Assembly (NCBI GenBank): GCA_963848135.1
Contig: CAWKCK010000018.1
Location: 12,938 to 76,937, forward strand
Length of the DNA stretch: 64,000 nucleotides
Source: an uncultured delta proteobacterium
GTDB taxonomy: Bacteria; Desulfobacterota; Desulfobacteria; Desulfobacterales; SG8-13
Direction: 5' to 3'
Below, one piece after another: positions 59,620-64,000 of this stretch (position 1 is the first letter of the stretch; each line of letters begins with the position of its first letter). The translations under genes and the position numbers were made by a program. The notes beneath the pieces were generated by a model. The model had not been told where the DNA came from and did no database searches. It saw only the letters and a list, made by a program, of their open reading frames with translations.

Positions 59620-60270
59620 ATGAAAACTACCCCCAAATTCCCTTCCTATCTGGTCCGAAACCCCTACTCATATTGTTTCCGGATGATGGTCCCTAAGGAC
59701 CTACAAACGATTGTTGGCAAGACAGAATTAAGATATAGTCTGCGAACCGGATATGCCGGTATCGCCCGGAAAAAGGCCCAGTACCTTGCCGGCAAGATTC
59801 ATCTCATATTCATGCGTTTACGAAAAGGCGGAACGACCTTGACCAAATTGACCGACGATCGAATCAAGACACTTCTTGATCAGTACATCAAAGAGACCAT
59901 CCAGTGTTCGGACGAATCATTATATACTGAAGAGATTGACCAAGAGATGGATGCCCTGCCCTTCTCCGACGAAGGGACCTTTCACAGCTATGTTAACAGC
60001 CTTGATAATATCCGAAACGACCTCATCACCAATCTCAACCTTGGCAACTTCGGGATGTTGAGGGAGTCGATCCATGCCCTGCTCAAAAGAAACGGGATAG
60101 ATGATCCTGACGCAAGCACACTCGAGTACCGACGGCTGTGTGCTGAAATTCACAAAGCTGAAATCCAGCTCCTACCCTTTCAAAAGAGGCACATGCTCTG
60201 CGATTATTCCTACAAGAAGGAGCTGACCGAGGTTTTTCCGAACACATTCCAGCCGCTCCTATCAGGATGA
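59620..60270 (+). pseudogene. tyrosine-integrase N-terminal fragment (DUF6538-like arm-binding region only)
   Basis: YLVRNPYSYCFRMMVPKDLQTIVGKTELRYSLRT matches the N-terminal pattern of a tRNA-associated integrase family. At 216 aa it is about half the usual length, and no R..HxxR..Y catalytic domain follows in any frame. Confidence 0.55.
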
Positions 60271-60502
60271 GGTACAAGCTTTTAGCCTCCTAACACTCGA
60301 TACAACTTTGTCAGCATTAGGAGACTATGTTTACAAAATTGTCCAACCCTTGTTTGAGGTGTTCGACGGCTTCTTGCTTAGTAAAGATGTAGTTGAAGAT
60401 CTAACTCAAGGCCTAATTCAGAGAAGACTATAAGCCATATCCATATGATCCGAAAGTTAACACTTTCTGCGTAAACACAGGTTCGAACAGGAGTAAATCA
60501 TA

Positions 60503-60694
60503 ATGGCAAAAGTAGAATCTGAAGTCGTAGTCACCGACATCAAAATGCCGTTTGGCTCTATGGTCCTGTTTATGGTCAAGCTGGCAATAGCAACCATACC
60601 GGCAATGATAATTATCAGTGCCGTTGGGTCAATCACGTTCGGCCTAATTAATTTCATTTGGGGTGGTCCGTATTTTAGGATGCACCGGTTTTAA
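60503..60694 (+). CDS. small two-helix membrane protein, hypothetical
   Basis: 63 aa with an AGGAG Shine-Dalgarno sequence and two hydrophobic segments. Confidence 0.4.
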   Translation: MAKVESEVVVTDIKMPFGSMVLFMVKLAIATIPAMIIISAVGSITFGLINFIWGGPYFRMHRF

Positions 60695-60811
60695 AGTGCT
60701 AACTTTGATTTGATCGTACAAACCGGAAAATGATGTCAGGTGAAATCTATCAATTACATATAACACCTTACCTCAAAGCCCTACGAGATAACTAATTCAT
60801 AGGGAGACATT

Positions 60812-61258
60812 ATGGCTGCCCATCCTTTTGTTGCTGAGAACGCAAAAGAACGTGAACGATTAAGAACTCTTATAGACCGACTAACAGACGAAGAGCTAAA
60901 CCTTCCATTGGGAAGTGATTGGACTGTGGCAGTTGCTTTTGCCCACTTAGCATTTTGGGATCAACGTTCACTATATATGTTGCGGAAATGGAAACAGACC
61001 GGAAATGTTGAACCATCTCCTATAGACATCGATATCATTAACGATGCCCTCCTCTCGACATGGAAGGCGATACCACCACGTACAGCCGCCAATTTAGCGT
61101 ATTCATCTGCTAAAGAAATAGATCGTGAATTGGAAGAGTATCCTTCAGATTTGGTTCCAAAAATCGAGAGCATAGGTGAGAAATACAGGCTTTACAGATG
61201 CATCCATCGAAAACTTCACATTGATCAAATAGAGGATCTACTTAGCAATAAGGCCTGA
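60812..61258 (+). CDS. DinB-like / mycothiol-dependent-isomerase-N-like four-helix protein
   Basis: 148 aa. His residues are spaced as in the DinB superfamily (AFAHLAFWD ... RCIHRKLH). A GGGAGA Shine-Dalgarno sequence is present. Confidence 0.5.
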   Translation: MAAHPFVAENAKERERLRTLIDRLTDEELNLPLGSDWTVAVAFAHLAFWDQRSLYMLRKWKQTGNVEPSPIDIDIINDALLSTWKAIPPRTAANLAYSSAKEIDRELEEYPSDLVPKIESIGEKYRLYRCIHRKLHIDQIEDLLSNKA

Positions 61259-61437
61259 ACCTAACCGGGCGAGTGCACTTGACAGAAAAACTCACGGCCA
61301 TTAATTGTCTACAAAACTATTTTAGGGCAGGAACGATTAAAGCCCTGCCTTCATCATTCAGCTCTGATCATCAACCTTTGCACTGGGAACATTGCAGATT
61401 GATTCCCTTGTAGCAGTCGGTAAGAAAGGAGTTACGG

Positions 61438-61974
61438 ATGCAAGCACGTGGCCCACTTATGATTGAACATCGGCTAATCGAACGAATGATTTCCATCATC
61501 AAAACTGGCATTGAAAAAATAAAGTCAACACAAGAGGTAGATCCTGTATTTATAGATACAGCCGTAGATTTCATTCGTACATATGCCGACCGTACACATC
61601 ACGGCAAAGAAGAGGACATTCTATTTAGAGATTTGGGCAAGAAAGATTTGTCAGCTGAAGATCAACGGATCATGCAGGAACTGATCGACGAACATGTCTT
61701 CGGACGGCAAACGACCAAAGTTCTTGTCGAGGCTAATACTCGATACCGGAATGGTGATCAATCTGCATTGACAGATATTACCAACAAATTGCAAACTATT
61801 GCTGAGTTCTATCCCAAACACATCGAGAAGGAGGACAAAGTCTTTTTCCCTGCAAGCAGGGACTACTTCACCGAAGAAGAGGACCAAGCTATGCTGGCAG
61901 AGTTTTGGGAATTTGACCAGAAGATGATTCACGAAAAGTACAGGACTGTGGTCGAAGGGCTTGAAACAGACTGA
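61438..61974 (+). CDS. hemerythrin-like (HHE cation-binding) domain protein
   Basis: 178 aa with MIEHRLIERM, THHGKEEDILF, IDEHVF and KHIEKEDKVFFP His/Glu ligand blocks. Confidence 0.75.
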   Translation: MQARGPLMIEHRLIERMISIIKTGIEKIKSTQEVDPVFIDTAVDFIRTYADRTHHGKEEDILFRDLGKKDLSAEDQRIMQELIDEHVFGRQTTKVLVEANTRYRNGDQSALTDITNKLQTIAEFYPKHIEKEDKVFFPASRDYFTEEEDQAMLAEFWEFDQKMIHEKYRTVVEGLETD

Positions 61975-62089
61975 TTAAGTTCATATCGGAAGGCAATGGG
62001 TTGCTCTATAGGGCCATAGGAGGATCCGGATCCTGAACTCCTCACTACGGGCCTTGTAGGCAGTCTAAGACTCTATTTTTATTGGTGTA

Positions 62090-62350
62090 TCAGTTCAATC
62101 TCCTCCATTCCCTCGGACTGATATATTTGCGCCCGAGTGACCACATGCCCACCCCGGCCCTTCGGGCCTCGTTCTCTGCCTTCTCGTAGGGTCCATTATC
62201 AAACCCCTTAGCTGGTCGACCCCTATAAACCTCAGCAAGACCAGCCCTGACCATCTCAAGGTTCAAATTGTTGCCATCAACATAAACAACACCAAGGGTT
62301 CGGCCGTATCGATCTGTGCCGTACGAGACGATATCGACGTGCTTATTCAA
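62090..62350 (-). pseudogene. thermonuclease (SNase) family, C-terminal half only
   Basis: DRYGRTLGVVYVDG.NLNLEMVRAGLAEVY...ENEARRAGVGMW matches the SNase C-terminal half. The N-terminal half with the Ca-binding and catalytic residues is missing. The frame opens only with a TTG. Confidence 0.6.
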
Positions 62351-63745
62351 GACAAGGCCAGCCAGATGCTTCGTGGAGGTTTGCCTGAAGGGCTGACCGG
62401 GCTTTTGCTTACCTCTAGACTTTTCAGGGGCATCTATACTGACAAGCCTGAAGTGGTTTTGGACCTGTGCAGTAGCTATAATCCTGACGGTCGAATAACT
62501 CCTCTAACCCAGGAAAAAAAGGATAAAATTTTACAAGTAAATCTTGGATTTAGTAAGGACGCCTTAAGGTTGATAGGGTTTGCATTCAAACAGATAAGGG
62601 ACTCCCAACAGTTTAAAGAAACGGATGAAAAAGAGTTCGTCTTTATTGGCCTGCAGGGGATGATCGATCCGCCAAGGGATGAGGTGAAGGTGGCCATAGA
62701 CGAATGCCATGAAGCGGGTATAAGCGTGGTGATAATCACGGGAGACTACGAGGGCACCGCCGTGGCAGTCGGAAAACAGATCAGCATAACCGGCCGGAGT
62801 ATTACCGGCAAAGATCTTGAAAAAATCGGCGATAAAGATTTCGAGAATACCATCCAGGACATTGCCATCTATGCAAGGGTGAAGCCGGAACACAAGCAGA
62901 AAATTGTAAAAGCCATGCAAAACAAAGGGCACGTGGTGGCCATGACCGGTGATGGAGTTAACGATGCACCGGCCCTAAAGAAGGCGGACATCGGAATCGC
63001 CATGGGTATTACGGGAACCGATGTGAACCGGGAAGCATCCGACATGATATTAACCGACGACAATTTCAGGAGCATCGTAAATGCAGTAAAAGAAGGCAGA
63101 GGCGTTTATGGCAACATCAGAAAGTTCTTTGCATTCCTTCTTTCCGGAAACATAGGAGAGGTTGCCATCATATTTATCCTTCTCATGCTTGGATTTCCGG
63201 CTTTGCTCACCGCGACGCAAATCCTTTTAATTAACCTGGTAACAGACGGTCTCCCGGCCACCGCGCTAAGCATCGATCCATTTGAACCGAAAGCGATGAA
63301 GAGAAAACCAAGAAGCCGAAAGGAAAAGATACAAAGCGGTCTGGGTAATTTCCTAATCGGTTACCCACAGTTAATGACAATCGTTGCGATCTGTCTTTTT
63401 ATGATGGAGTTCAACCGGTCAGGACATGTGGTAAATGCACAAACCTTTGTGTTTCTTTCAATCATATTTTTTGAATTATTCCTAGCGTTTGCCGCCAGTT
63501 CAACCTTGTTTCCCTCGATAAAAGTCGGCTTGTTCAAAAACCGGGCATTGTTGGGGGCGATACTGCTTTCCTTTATCGTTGCCTTATGTGCCGTTTATCT
63601 GCCACCAATGAACAATCTCTTTGGAACTTCACCGCTGACGATTTTAGAACTCCTTATCGTCCTGATCTTAAGCAGCGTCGGATTTATCTATCTTGAGATA
63701 AGTAAGTACCTGCGAAGCAAAAGGCTGGGACTGACTGCAGAATAG
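62339..63745 (+). pseudogene. P-type cation-transporting ATPase, C-terminal fragment
   Basis: The end of the N-domain, the P-domain hinge MTGDGVNDAPALKKADIGIAMG and TM5-10 are present. The actuator domain, TM1-4 and the DKTGT phosphorylation site are absent. Confidence 0.7.
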
Positions 63746-63748
63746 CTA

Positions 63749-64000
63749 TTACTCCACCACCCACACCGTGCAGTTGCGGGCATGGTTGACGATCTTGCTG
63801 GAGACACTGCCGAAGAGAAACTCCTCACTGCGTGAAAGCCCCTGCCTGCCGACCACAATGGTACCGCATTTGCTTTCCTTACGTTCCGCCAGGATGCACT
63901 CTGCCAGGGAGGGGCAGTAGCGGAGAGTGGCACGCACCGATATGGCCTCCGGGGCAAAGCCTGCATGAATTATGATTTGACGATAGTTTTCCAACATGAC
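63749..64000 (-). CDS. universal stress protein family, C-terminal part (5' end beyond window)
   Basis: GTIVVGRQGLSRSEEFLFGSVSSKIVNHARNCTVWVV is the canonical UspA C-terminus. The frame stays open to the window edge. Confidence 0.7.
   Translation of the reverse strand, partial: VMLENYRQIIIHAGFAPEAISVRATLRYCPSLAECILAERKESKCGTIVVGRQGLSRSEEFLFGSVSSKIVNHARNCTVWVVE

Larger units (their letters stand above)
59482..64000. mobile_element. decayed genomic island adjoining the tRNA-Leu 3' end (right boundary not in window)
   Basis: tRNA-adjacent integrase fragment, visibly lower and patchy GC, unrelated small accessory genes and two truncated genes. No copy of the tRNA 3' end was found downstream. 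Confidence 0.45.

Overview
This 64 kb chromosomal segment comes from a Gram-negative anaerobe. The gene content (2-oxoglutarate:ferredoxin oxidoreductase, DsrE-like protein, COG1900 homocysteine-synthesis gene, lptCAB-rpoN cluster) fits a Desulfobacterota-type genome, but that assignment is inference only. No searches were run, so all product calls rest on motif and family recognition in the supplied translations. Positions 1-59481 are densely packed core genes. They include miaB, recJ, dnaE, guaB, rpsA, cmk, hisC, korDABC, plsB, dapB, alaS, recA and thpR. A long co-directional block runs lptC-lptA-lptB-rpoN-hpf-ptsN-rapZ-EIIA(Man)-rimI-gap-tpiA-secG-tRNA-Leu(GAG). From the tRNA-Leu 3' end to the window edge the sequence becomes patchy and more AT-rich. 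That stretch holds an N-terminal-only integrase fragment, a short TTACACA repeat array, small accessory genes and two truncated genes joined head to head, so I read it as a decayed tRNA-targeted genomic island. No CRISPR array, rRNA, intact transposase or recognisable defence operon is visible. The items most worth a second look are listed here.
- An orphan Zn-finger/TOPRIM/DnaB-type primase-helicase fusion with a near-consensus promoter, embedded among housekeeping genes.
- A promoter-hairpin-terminator unit in the 463 bp spacer upstream of that gene.
- A two-gene module of a GspE/PilB-type ATPase (with tandem MshEN-like c-di-GMP motifs) and an HDOD protein, with no secretion or pilus partners nearby.
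- A MurU-AmgK fusion close to a NamZ-like DUF1343 gene.
- A recX-less, hairpin-rich recA-alaS spacer.
- An uncharacterised P-loop NTPase heading the kor operon.
I cannot show that any of these is a genuinely new system. Each is stated with the test that would decide it.
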